The position numbers and the translations under genes were made by a program. A stretch of DNA of 64,000 nucleotides from NCBI RefSeq assembly GCF_009914755.1, contig NC_060936.1; one strand, given 5' to 3'. Positions 34,720-49,029 of the stretch are shown in pieces (within the stretch, counting starts at the first letter, position 1; each line of letters opens with the position of its first letter). Source of the DNA: the human T2T-CHM13v2.0 reference genome, Homo sapiens. The notes beneath the pieces were generated by a model. It was not told where the DNA came from, made no database searches, and worked only from the letters and a program-made list of their open reading frames with translations.

Positions 34720-37148
34720 CTTGTTTTAGCTTAAATGTAGAGTCAGAATGGATTCATTAAAAAAAAAACAGACCAAATTATATGCTATCTAAAGAGATTC
34801 ACCTTAAGTATTAGAGTAGCTTAAAAGTAAGTAGATGGGAAAGATATACAATGAAAACAATTAAGCGTAAGAAATTTGGAGTTGCTATATTAATGTCAAA
34901 CAAAGCCGACTTCAAGACAATTATTATCAGAAATAAAAAAGACTTTTAATAATAATAAAAGTGTCCAGTTTTTAGAAAGATACATTAAAAAATAGACATA
35001 TGACCAATGAAGATTTAGAAGATGTATTAGAACACTATCAAATACCTCATACTATTTGATATTTATAAAACTATTTGAGATTTGGTACTCTAAAAATACT
35101 TCTAACATCTTCAGATTGTACCTTCGTATTAACTGAATATGGTACTGGTATAGATTATATGTTTAGCCAGAAAACAAAGAGAAATGAATTTGAAATAACA
35201 GAAATCATATAGAGTACGTTTTCTGACCACAATAAAGTTAAATTTAAAAAATCAAGAACAGTCAGACTATTGATTTTCTATCGCTACTTAACAAACTATA
35301 ACAAACTGAGCAGCTTAAAACTGCACACATTTATTAACTCATGGTTTCTAGGATTCAGGACTTTGAGCCAGGGTCAATTGGGTTCTCTATTCCAGGTTCT
35401 CACGAGGCTGGGTTCTCTGCTCCAGGTTCTCACCAGGTTCTAGGTATTGACTGGGTCTGCTGGCTCAATAAAGACTCTACTGATTGGAGACCTTCCTCCA
35501 TGCCACAGTCTAGTGGCTAGAACCCAGGCACAGGTCCTACTCACACTCAAGGCAAGAGAGTCATAAAGGGCAGGAACATCAGACACACAGATAAGGAGGT
35601 AACCTTTGATCTTTTCATGCAGTAAGATATCTAAAAGCTTCAAAATATTTGGAAATTAAACAACACATTACTAATAATCCACATGTTAAAGAAGAAATCA
35701 CTAAAGAGGTCAGATAATATTAAAATACATTAACTATAATAAAAATACTACATATTTAAAATTCAAGAAGTACAACTAAAATAAGACTCAGAGGAAAATT
35801 TACAGCTTTAGATATTTATTTTACAGTATAAGGTTCAAAACTGCATAGCTACCTTTAAAGCTCAGGAAAGAATAAAAAAGGATCCCCCAAAAAAGATGAA
35901 AACAATAGAGATGAGTAGAAAGCAATAAAATAGAAAAATGAACAATTGATAAAATGGACAAAATTGATAATGCCATTCTTTGAAAAGACTAATAAAATTG
36001 ATAAGTCCCTAGCTAGACAGTTCAAGAAAAGAAGAACACAAAAACCAATACTAGGAATGAAAGAGGCACTATCCCTGCATACCCTACATACTTTAAAAGG
36101 AGAATCAGGAAATATCATGAATAACATTATGTCAATATATCCAAAAATTTACATGAAATGGAAAATTACTTAAAAATGTACCTTATCAAAACTAACATAA
36201 AAAGAAGTAGATACTCTGAAAATTCTATATAGTCACTAAGGAAATTAGACAATATATTTACTAAATTATAATAAAATTTAGACCTAAAATTTTACTAGAT
36301 ATAAAAAAGTATTAGACATAATACTCTGTCTAATACAGAAATAAATTTATAATTTTAAATCCTCCCTTAGCCCAAATTCCAGGTCCAGATGACTTTACTA
36401 GTGATTTCTATTCAACATTTAAGAAAGAGATAAAATTAACCTTATACAAAGTCTTTCAGAAAAATAGAGAGAAAACACTTTCCAACTCATTTATGAAGCC
36501 AGTTTAATGCAGCCTGTATAAGCCTGAAGAAAGGAATTACAAGAAAATAACTGATGAATATCCTTCATTACATAGATGTAAAAAGCCTTAACAAATGAAA
36601 TCTAGTGATATCAAGCATGCATAATATATTATGACTATGTGTGGTTCTTCTCAGAAATGCATTGTTACTTTATTTGAAAAACAGATCAATGCAATTTAGC
36701 ATACTAACAGAAATACAATTTTCCTAATGGATACAGGAAAAAAACTTTAATAAAATTCAACACCCATTCAAGACTTTAATAACACCCTGAGTAAGCTTTA
36801 AATAAAAGAAAACTTACTAGGCAAATAAAGGTCTGCTATGAAAAACCTATAACTAACATTACAATTAATTATGAAAGACTGACCATTTTCCCCTAAAATC
36901 AGGAACCAGAGAGGATTTCAGTCTTATGTCTATTTGGCATTTTACTGGACATCTTAGCTACAGCAATAAGACAAGCAAAAAGAAAAAGAAAAAAGAAGGC
37001 ATAAAGAAGGTTGAAAGAAAATAAGTGTCTCTCTTTGCAGATGGCATGTTTGCTTATACAGAAAATCTTAGGAAACCTACAAAGCAATAACTAAAAGTAA
37101 TAAGTGAATTTCTAAGGCTGCAAGATACAAAGTCAACATACAAAATCA
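34720..37148 (+). mobile_element. Old L1M (L1ME-like) ORF2, left part
   Basis: Degraded EN-RT homology (caggtccagatgactttact, tttgcagatggcatg, gatacaaagtcaacatacaaaatca). Confidence 0.8.
35268..35610. mobile_element. MLT1-type LTR fragment nested in L1
   Basis: aacaaactataacaaactgagcagcttaaaac...atttattaactcatggtttctagg; contains an internal tandem duplication of about 29 bp. Confidence 0.7.
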
Positions 37149-39192
37149 TTTTATTTTATTTTATTTTTTATTTGTAGGTATATATTTATGGGTTACATGA
37201 AATGATTTGATACAGGTATGCAATGAGTAATAATCACATCAGAGTAAATATGGCATTGATCACCTCAAGCATTTATCCTTTCTGTTAAAAATAATCCAAT
37301 TGTACTCTTTAATTCTTTTTTAAATGTACAATTAAATTATTATTGACTGTAGCCATCCTGTTGTGCTATCAAATACTAGGTCTTATTCATTTTTCCTAAT
37401 TTTTGTACCCATTAAACATCCCCATTTGCCTCTCCCAGCACCCCACGACCCTTCCCAGCCTCTGGTATCCATCATTCTACTCTCTATCTCCATGAGTTCA
37501 ATTGTTTTTATTTTTTTGCTCCCACAAATAAGCGAGAATATGAGATGTCTGTCTTTCTGTGCCTGTCTTATTTCACTTAAACAATGACCTCAAGTTCCAT
37601 CCATGTGGTTGCAAATGACAGGATCTTATTCTTATTTTATGGCTAAATAGGACTCCATTGTGGTACATGTATCACAGTTTCTTTATCCATTCATCTGTTT
37701 ATGGACACTTAGGTTGCTTCAAAATCTTAGCTATTGTGAACAGTGTTGCAATAAACATGGGAGTGCAGATGTCTGTTCGATATACTGATTTCCTTTCTTT
37801 TGGGTATAGACCTAGGAGTGGGGTTGCTGAATTGTATGGTAGCTCAACTTTTTGTTTTTTAAGGAACCTACAAACTGTTCTTCATAGTGGTTGTACTAAT
37901 TTACATTTCCACCAATAGTGTACAAGGGTTTCCTTTTCTCCTCATTCTTGCCAGCATTACTTATTGCCTGACTTTTGTATACAAGCCATTTTAACTGGAG
38001 TGAGATGATATCTCATTGTAGTTTTGATAAGCATTTCTCCGATGATCAGTGATATTGAGCACCTTTTAATACACGTTTGCCATTCGTGTGTCTTCTTTTG
38101 ACAAATGTCTATTCAGATCTTTTGCCCCTTTTTTATTGGATTATTAGTTATTTTTTTCCTATAGAGTTGTTTGAGCTCCTTATATATTCTGCTCATTAAT
38201 CCCTTGTCAGACAGGCAGTTTGCAAATATTTTCTCCCATTCTGTAGATTGTGTCTTCACTTTGTTGACTTTTTCCTTTGCTGTGCAGAAGCTTTTTAACT
38301 TGATGTGATCCCATTTGTTCATTATTGCTCTGGTTGCCTGTGCTTGAGGGGTGTTGCTCAAGAAATCTTTGCCCAGTCCAATGTCCTAGAGAGTTTCCCA
38401 ATATTTTCGTGTAGTAGTTTCACAGTTTAAGATTTTAGATTTAAGTCTTTAATCCATTTTGATTTTGTTTTTGTACATGGTGAGAGACAAGGGTCTAGTT
38501 TTGTTCTTCTGCATATGGATATCCAGTTTTCCCAGAACCATTTATTGAAGTGACTGTCCTTTCCTCAGTGTATGTTCTTGGCCCTTTTTAAAAGATAACT
38601 TCACTATAGATGTATGGATTTATCTCTGGATTCTATATTCTGTTCCACTTATCTATGTGTCTGTTTTTATGCCAGTACCATGCCATTTTGATTACTACAG
38701 CTTTGTAGTATGAAATCAGGTAATGTGATTCCTCTGGTTTTGTACTATTTGCTTAGGATAGCTTTGACTATTCTAGGTCTTTTATGGCTGCCTATAAATT
38801 TTAGAATTGTTTTTTCTATTTCTGTGAAAAATGTCATTGGTATTTTGATAGGGATTGCATTAAATCTGTAGATTGCTTTGAGTAGTAAGGGCATTTTAAC
38901 AATGCTTATTTTTCCAGTCCATGAATATGGAATATCTTTCCATTTATTTGTATCTTCTTCAATTTCATGCACCAGTGTTTGATAGTTTTTGTTACAGAGA
39001 TCTTTCACTTCTTTGGTTGATTCCTAGGTATTTTATAATATTTATTGATTTGCAAATAATATTTATTGATTTGCAAATGTTGAACCATGCTTGCATTCTA
39101 GGGATAAATCCCACTTGATCATGATGAATGATCTTTTTAATGTGTTGTTGAATTTGATTTGCTGGTATTTTGTTGAGAATTTTTGCATCAAT
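37149..39192 (-). mobile_element. L1MA1-3-type element nested in the older L1
   Basis: Reverse 3'UTR and ORF2 ([22 protein letters not shown]; [13 protein letters not shown]), with an internal deletion near 39040. Confidence 0.88.
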
Positions 39193-39195
39193 ACT

Positions 39196-41190
39196 TAATT
39201 GCATTTCACATAATGGAAGAAACAATTGAAAATGAAATATGAAATAAATTTCACATACAATAAAAGGAAAGCAAAGAAAAATACTTGAAGTAAAGTTAAC
39301 AAGACATGAAAGACCTCTACACTGAAAGCTACAAAACACTGCAAGGGGAAACAAAAGACCTAAATAAATGAAGACTGGATTGTGAAACCCAATAGTGTGA
39401 AGATGCCAATTATCTCCTGAATTGTTTTATAAATTCAATGCAATCCCCATAATGGTCCTACCAAGCTTTTTTTTTTTCTTTTTTTTTTTTTTTTGGAGAA
39501 ATTGTAAACCTGATTCTAAACTGTATATAGAAACTCAAAAGAACTAGAATAGCCAAAGCAAACTTCGGAGGAAAACAAAGAAAATGTTGTGTGACTTATA
39601 ATTTATGACTTCAAGAACTCCAAAGCAAGAGAAAATGTTAGTCGCATAAAAATCTATGAATACATCAAAGAAACAGAAAATAGAGCCAAAATAGATTAAA
39701 TTTAAATAGTCATTTGATTTATTTTTTTTTACATAAGTGCCAATGCAATCTCGTGAGAAACAGAAAGTCTATCCCACAAATGGTGCTGGAACACATTGAT
39801 ATCCACTTGGAAAAAAAAAAAAGAACTTTGACACCTATCTTACACCATATACACAATTAATTTAGAAAGAATCGTAGTCCTAAAAATAAAAATGGAAACC
39901 ATAAAGCATCTAAAAGCAAACAGGAGAATAAGAGGGAAACATATTTAGAGGGAAGACAAAGATGTCTTAAGACACAGAAAGCAGTAACTAAGGACTAGAA
40001 GAAATGATAAATTATACTACATCGAAATTTAAAATCTTCTGCTCATTAAAAGACCCTATTAAATAAATGAATATGTATGCCACAGACTAGAAGGAAAACA
40101 TTATCAAAACATGTAACTGATGACATACTAATATCTAGTATGCACAAAATATTCCTACAACGCAATAATAAAAGTGCAACCCAATGAAACATGGGCAAAA
40201 GATATGAATAGCCACATCCCAAAGATTAAAAATGGCCAATAAACTCATCAAAGAGTGTTCAACATAATTAGCAATCAGATAAATGCAAATTAAAACCGCA
40301 ATGTATTACCAGTACACACCCACTAGCATGACTAAATTAGACCAAGATCACCAAATGATGAACATGTGGAACTGGAACTCTTACACCTTGTTAGTGAGTA
40401 TAAAAAATGATACAAACATTTTGGGAAAAGATGTCAGTTTCTTAAAATATGAACATTTACCCACTTATTGTATGACCCAGAGATTTCACTCTTAGGTATT
40501 TACCTAGGAGAAATAAATGCATATAGCCACAAAATACTTAAGAATGTTGATAGCAGCTTTTACTCTCATGATGGCTAAAACCTGGAAATAGTACAGATGT
40601 CTATTAACAAGGGATTGAAAAAACTATGATATAGTTATACAATGAAATGCAACAATAAGAAAATATTGATCTATGCTACATTACGGATGAGCATCAAAAA
40701 ATCATGCTTAGAAAAAGAAGCCTTACTTAAAAGTCTATACTGTGTCATTCAATTTACATGAAGTTCTAGAACAGGCAAACCTAATCCATGGTGGGGGTAA
40801 AAATCAGAACAGATATTGCTTCTGTAAAGGTGAAATTGAGTATAAGAAAATTTGCATGGATGATAGTTATGTCATGATAGTGTTATATAGGTACATGCAT
40901 TTAGCAAATTAAGATCGCTGTGTTTCATGTATATAAATTTTGTCTCACAAAAAGATACGCATGAAGCGTTCAGAGGTAAAGTATACTAATGTCTACAACT
41001 TACCTTAAAATGCATCAAAACTAAGATGGAGAGAGGTATGAATAGAAGGATGAAAAGATGTAGATATGTGATAAAACAAACAGAAAAAATGTAATTTGAA
41101 GAATTCAGATGTTGGGTAAGTGGGAATTCACATGATTCTTTCAACTTTCTGTACATTTGGTGATTTTCATAATGAAATGTTGAGACAAAA
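39196..41190 (+). mobile_element. Old L1M (L1ME-like), right part and 3'UTR
   Basis: Resumes at aattgcatttc; tggtgctggaac, aaatgcaaattaaaacc, and an L1ME-like tail ctttcaactttctgtac...aatgaaatgttg. Confidence 0.8.
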
Positions 41191-42583
41191 TTACTATCTT
41201 TGTGGTCTTAAAATGAGTAACTTTCCTAGGTCCAAATTTTTCTCTGTTAAAATAACAAGAAATATTATATTTTATCTCCATGTCCTTCCAGCAATATGAT
41301 CAAATTGTGCTGTCTTGCACCTAAATAACAATAATAGGCCTCTTCTGATTGCATTTCCATCAAAACATTATTAATATCTAAATTCCTTTCTAGTTATAAC
41401 CTTTCTTTTTACCATCAACTTTTCAAAAATAGATATTTAGCTTATTAAATTCTCAATTTCACATATTTTTTTGCAGCTACTTGTTGGAAATTTCTTTCTC
41501 TTTTTTTGGCATTTTCTGCAATAATGTCTGCCTCTCATTTTGCACAAAAGACCTTTCTATTAAGATAATTCAAAATGTGACAGCCTTTTAAATTAATATT
41601 TAACCCTCTCTACCTTTTTTATTAGATTGCCTTTAACAATCATATAATGTGACACAACATATAATTAAATAATCAATATCTTTCATGCATCCATTTTAAA
41701 TTTTCATGTCCTCTGGACAAATGAATAAAATACTGTGTGTGTGTTTTCAATATTTCTTCTCCTAATTTCTATATCATTAGCCAACATCATTTTCATTATA
41801 CAACAATCAAATAAAATCAGAAACAGTAAGCATCATTCACACAAACACATAATTCGAACTACAATTTCAGGAGGTTCATAGCCCATCTGTGATTCTTGTT
41901 CCATACCTTTATCTCTTTAAGAAAGAAAGTATACTCCAAGGAATACAGTGATGGGTCAGAGTATTGAACATAACTCATATAGATGCGTTATATAATTTTG
42001 ACCCAAGGCAAAAATAAAATTAGGAATATTTTAGACAGCCTCTGATTTCCACAGAACAAGGAAGCAAGAGAGGCTAATAAAACAATTTTAGTCACAATGC
42101 AGGTGCGAAAGGCCGTGATGTAATGGCAGCTGCTCCTCAGGACAGCATACTTTTCATTATGCTAGAAACATACTCTGCTACATAGTAATTCTAGTAAAAT
42201 GTGGCATTCCCACAGCATCAGTGAAAGGCTTGAACCTTGGGAAAATGTCCTTGGACTCCAAGCCAGAGACAGAAACACCTGGAACTAGAGGAGATGACTT
42301 GTTCACAGGGCAGCATGGTGCCGCAGCTCCTCACAAGAGCTCTGATCCTTAAAATACAACTACTGCAAGCCAGAAGGCCAGCCATATTTCCTCCACTTTC
42401 TTCCCCCACCCCCCTACACCACAGAGAGCATTTATTGCAGAAGAGATGACCTGGGGGTAAGGAATTTTCACAGCCTAGAGCAACTCAGCTTATCTTCAAC
42501 CCCACATTTACTGGGCAGCTACAGGAGAATTAATCACTGGTTTTCCCATACTTTCTACTCCCCACACACTCTGATACTATTTA

Positions 42584-42805
<222 letters not shown>

Positions 42806-43199
42806 TCAACGCCTAAAGCTGATGGTTCCAGATAATTTCTTATTTTTTTTCAAATTTTTTCATAAGAACTCTATCTTAGCAATAAGATGTTTAAAATACA
42901 GAATGCAATAGTAGTTTCCAAGATAATACATAAGGGAAGAATATATTGAAAGACATCGTTCTGCGGAAACGATTTATCTTAACATGAATGGCCAAGTAAA
43001 CAACAAAACTATACCTTAAAATGCTTACAAAGAAACAAATGTATAGCTACTCCTATACTGTAGGGCAGAGCTGCTGAAATAATTTAAGAACTAAAGCAAG
43101 TGAAAACAATTAACTCAATCTGAACTCCAATGTGTGTGAAAAGTGTGTTTGTTCCTTTGACAGCACTCCCAACTTGATAGTCTTCAGTGATTTCTCCAT

Positions 43200-44520
43200 T
43201 CTCATTAATTCATTCAATGCATCTGTGATTGCTGGTCCAGCTACTTGGATGCAACCATGAAGAAAACAAGACGTAACATCTGTAGTAAAAAAATCTAGTA
43301 TATTGAGGATACCAATAGCAAATAGGAAATTACAACACAGCTGAAGGGACAGTGTGAAAACATAGAGTGCACGTCTGGGACAAAGAAAGCTTTGAGAAGG
43401 AAGTGACTTCTAAACTGACACTTCAAGAATCAGGAATGGCTACTCAGAGGAAGAAGAGAGGAAGACAGTTCCAGGCAGAGGGGCCAATGTGTTCAAGGGT
43501 ATTGCAAGCAATTCAGCATGACTGCAAGGAGAATAGACTTCACTCTGAAGGCAACAGAGATCACCAGGTGACCCAGTGATTCCAGACCAGATGTGCATAG
43601 TAGACAGCCCTCAACTCCATTGGCATTAATAATGCCACAGAGTGAAACATTTTGCTTTTCTCAAATTACTTGAAGATATTAGTACATAAATGGTATAGAG
43701 AAGAGAGTGACTAGTTCAAGATTGGGGGATAGGAGAACACTGAGAAAGTCATTCCAGGAGAGGTATGGTTGACAATGGGAACTGAAATATGGAAAGGAAT
43801 CCACTGGTCAGGAAAAGGGTCATTTTAAAAAAGGAACAGAATGTGCAAATACATAGAAGCATGAAACAATACAACATGTTCAAAATTCCAAGTAGTTTAA
43901 TATTCTTGAAACAGAAAGTTTAAGATAGAATGTATCATGGAAGGCTTTGTATGCCATGGTAAGAGGCTGGCATCTCAACCCGTGGAAAACTGAAACACTT
44001 GAATAGGTAAGCGGTATGATCAGATTTGTTTTAAACGGATAGCTCTAGCAGTCATGTGGATAAGGAAGTTGGTTGGTAATACACGAGTTTGTAGTGGAGG
44101 GAGAGAAATGGAAGGAAGAAAAGCAGTTAGGAAACTATGGGTATAAAGTCAGGTGACAGATGATAAAGGTCTGACTTCAGCTTTGGCAGCAGTAACATGA
44201 AGGAAATAATACATTTGGAAAAGACTGATTGGTGAAATAGACAGGAGTTTACTAACATTAGGGTATGAGGGTGATGGCAATAGAGAAGTAGAAGATAATT
44301 CCTAGGGTGTCTGTGTGGATGGCCGTGTGACCAAATAAGATTTTAAGAGGATGAGCAGATTGGAAAGAGGAGCTAATAAGTTTCGCCAGACATTTATGGA
44401 TTGTGAAGGTGTCCAATAAGCATGCAAATGGAATTTAAGTGTCTGTAGACATTTGGAACATGGTCAGTGATATAATTTGGAATCATTAATATAGACATGG
44501 TAATAAAAATGTGAAAGTAG
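43200..44520 (-). mobile_element. L2 fragments (approximate)
   Basis: ttcattcaa start, aggaagtgacttctaaactgacac, atggaaggctttgtatgccatggtaag, tgatcagatttgttttaaa. Confidence 0.65.
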
Positions 44521-44628
44521 TATGGTAGCGCTTAAAAACCACCTACCACCTCCTGTAAATAGATCAAAATCATCAGAGGAAAAAATAGATAACTATTTTG
44601 TCAGTACAGAAATTAGGAAATGCTTCTA

Positions 44629-45237
<609 letters not shown>

Positions 45238-46567
45238 TTAGGAAATTTTAAAGTGAGCACACTCCCTATCCAATCCTGTAAAATGTGGTCACAACCATAC
45301 TCACAAGAAAGTTTATAACCTTAAACAGGTTTGATAAGAAATAATTATAATAAATAAATTAAAAGTCAATTTAAGATTTTAGAAAAAGTATGACAAACCA
45401 TTATTAAAGGAAGCAATAACAAAGATTTAGTAAAGATAATAGCAGCTACAATTAAGTTTTGTACTTATGGTGGCACTCCTTTATTAGGGATTTAATATGT
45501 CTTTTAACCATGCTAGTATTTTTATAGGATTGCTGTTATTTTGTTAGTTCTCTATTTACAAAGCTGCGTAGGTTTTGAATGGTCTTCAAATGCTAATTTT
45601 TTCCCTTAAGCTATGTTCTTTTTAGAGTATGATTTGCACACCTCGATGGCTTGGTAGGAGCGCTTATGTCCCATTACAGCAGAAAGTCTTTAGTCAGAAC
45701 ATTGGAAAGAAATTTTTAAAGTATTATATTGCAAAGGTGAAAGAAATCATTTTGAAAGACAGAAAATGATAAAAATAAAAACCTAATAAAACACAGTAAT
45801 AGTGAAGATTTTAATACACTGCTTTTAGAATTTTGACAGATTAAATAGTATAAAAACAAGCAACATATAGAACTTCAGTAATACAATCAGTAAACGCAAT
45901 AAAATTTTGTCTCCTACAAAGTGTATATATTACTTTCTAATACTAATTAAATATTTATAAAATAATGAAGTATTTGACTATAATAAAAATGCTAATAAAC
46001 CACAAAGAGTAATCATTTTACAAACTACATGCTTTAATAATAAACCAATCAAATTAAACAAAAGAGCAAACTAAAAAGGATTCCTAAACCTAGGAGAGTA
46101 AACCGGAATCACAGGTAGAAATAAAAAGGAGAACAAAAACTAATGCAGAACAAAGGATGTTCCAAAAGAAAAATTACTAGCTTTAAATGCTTCTATTACT
46201 AAAAAAAAAATCAAATATTCTATTAGGAAAGACTTTGCACTGTTTTTCTAATTGTAATGAGCATTTGTCAGATATTAAGTAAATAATTCATAAAGGTTTT
46301 ATTTAAAAAAAGAAAGATGGAGTGATCAGCAGTGTCATAAGTCATAATTATGATAAAGATAAAAGAGTCTCCATTAGTTGTCATTAATAATCATGAAGAT
46401 TCTTACGGAAGCAGTTTCCAGAATAAGATGGGGCAAGAGAAAAAGCAAAACTAAATGTTTGGATTTAGAAGTAACTAGAAGAGTGTGTTATCATTCCTCT
46501 TTCTTCATTATAAAATTTTAGATATTGTCAATTGGTTTTGTACTGGGTATTAATTTTATATATACAT

Positions 46568-46949
46568 ATTTTTTTATTATACTTTAAGTTCTAGGGTACA
46601 TGTGCACAACATGCAGTTTTGTTACATATGTATACATGTGCCATGTTGGTGTGCTACACCTATTAACTCGTCATTTACATTAGGTATATCTCCTAATGCT
46701 ATCCCTCCCCCCTCCCCCTACCTCATGACAGGCCCCAGTGTGTGATATTCCCCTTCCTGTGTCCAAGTGTTCTCATTGTTCAAGTCCCACCTATGAGTGA
46801 GAACATGCGGTGTTTGGTTGTCTTTGCAATAGTTTGCTGAGAATGATGTTTCCAGCTTCATCCATGTCCCTACAAAGGACATGAACTCATCCTTTTTTAT
46901 GGCTGCATAGTATTCCATGGTGTATATGTGCCACATTTTCTTAATCCAG
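46568..46949 (-). mobile_element. L1PA4/5-type 3' fragment
   Basis: ttatactttaagttctagggtacatgtgcac...ccacattttcttaatccag. Confidence 0.92.
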
Positions 46950-47334
46950 ATAAGTGACAGAAAGTTTTGAAAATTATCTTTATTCTACAGGTTATTGATG
47001 TCATATTTCTATATAATATGGGACCATAGAATTCTTCTGATATGTATTGTAAAGTTAGGATAATTATAAAAGTGTAACACTGCCCAAGTAGTCAATAAAC
47101 AGATCTATATAGCACTATAAAAATTCAAATTTTTTTTTACAAATGAGGTTTTCAAAAAAGCAGACCTCTGAAAGGAGGAAGGAAAGAAGTTAAATGATTG
47201 GCATACCTGGGGAGGTCATGTTATACACAGATAATCTTAGGTCTCATCTGTAAAACTAAGACAAGATCCTCTCAGCGTAGATAATGTCACAGAATTACAG
47301 GCCAGTGGAGCAGAAAGGTGGAATAGGACTCTCC

Positions 47335-47715
47335 AGCACAAATGAGTTGAAAATTTATGTCTACACAATATGTGCAAACGTGCACAGAAATGTTTATAGC
47401 ATTTTTTTTGATAATGGCCAAAACTTAGAAGCAATCCAGATGCCCTTCAGTGGGCAAATGGATAAATAAATGGTGGTATATACAGACAATAGAATATCAT
47501 TCAGCACTAAAATGAAATGATCTATTTGGCCATGAAAAAACTTAAAGGCACCTTAAATGCAGATTACTATGAAATTATATGGGATATATACTGTGGGGTT
47601 TTGATAGCAGGGAAGATTGGGCATATGTGGGGGAAAGATGTATATAGGGAATCTCTCTATTTTCTACTCAATTTTGCTGTAAACCTAAAACTGCTCTAGA
47701 AAAATTAGTTCATAT
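47335..47715 (+). mobile_element. L1M (L1MC-like) 3' fragment
   Basis: aatgagttgaaaatttatgtc...atgtttatagca...aattttgctgtaaacctaaaactgctct. Confidence 0.75.
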
Positions 47716-47802
47716 TTTTTAAAGTACCTGAGTTCAGAAAATGTAAGCTTTATTTGCTAAAAATATAGAAGCACATTTAAATTTAAAAATTAAATTGAGC
47801 TA

Positions 47803-48126
47803 TGATATGGTTTGGCTGTGTTCCCACCCTAAATCTCACCTTGAATTGTAATCCGAATTGTAATCCCCATGTGTTGGGGGAGGGACCTCATGGGAGGTGA
47901 TTAGATAATGGCAACAATTCCCTCATGCTGTTCTCAACATTATCAGTGAGTTCTCACGAGATCTGATGGTTTTTTAAGGGTCTTTTTCCCCTTTGCTCTG
48001 CACTTCTCTCTCCTGCCACCATATGAAGAAGGAATTGTTTGCTTCCCTTTCTGCCATGATTGTAAGTTTCCTAAGGTCTCCCCAGCCATGTGGAATTATG
48101 AGTCAATTAAACCTTTTTACTTTATT
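47803..48126 (+). mobile_element. THE1 LTR lacking U5, ending in poly(A)
   Basis: Starts tgatatggtttggctgtg; ATTAAA at 48106-48111; A run from 48127. Confidence 0.92.
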
Positions 48127-49029
48127 AAAAAAAAAAAAGAAGTAACTAGAAGATGATGTTTCGAAAAGCCTGAATAAAAAGGGTAAGGAGAAGTCTATAC
48201 CTAAAGAGTAGAAGAGCATAACACAGAATCAAGGCTGTATTTTTACCTGTTTTTAGGACCTCTTTTATCATGACCACTACAAACAAGTTTCTACCATTAG
48301 GATATATCATTATTATTGTGAGTTCAATCTGTGTTTTGTGAGGACCTGACTGAATCTACATATCAACCAGAGGAGTCTTCTTGTCCACATGATGTCAAGT
48401 TTCAAAAAAATATTGGATGATCTATCTTCTACTTTATACATACGCATATAAACAGATACAGTAGCCTAAATGCTACTGTATAAAAATTAAGCCTAGAATT
48501 GGCTATGCTAGTATAAATAAATATACCAGCATTTTAAACAGTTACCAACAAGATAATATCCAATTAAGCTTCTAAATGTCTGGAGGGATGGCATCTATTA
48601 GAGTCTCTAATTTTTCTTTTTATCAGAAATTAAGACATGCACATACCTGCGAAAAGCCCTCATAAAACATTACAAAATAGTTGGTTCCATGACAAATGCT
48701 TAGAAGTTTCATTCCTTGTTAATTGCAACAGAAAACACAAACAGATGTCAGGGAGGTTCCAGTTCAATAAGAAGAAAATAAATTTTAGACTTTCCTATCA
48801 AAAAATTTAAAGGTCTTCTAATATTAGCTCCTCAATGAAAGTTACACCATTTAGCATAATTTCATAATCAAAATTTACCTATTCTTGAGTTTATTTTGTT
48901 ACTATATGAGAAAAATATTTTCACCAGATTATGTTCAAGTTTATAAATATAATTCATTATATTTTAACTGTCTAATGAAACATCTTATTTTATAAAAATA
49001 ACAAAATTCCTTTAAAAATATGGGTTTTT

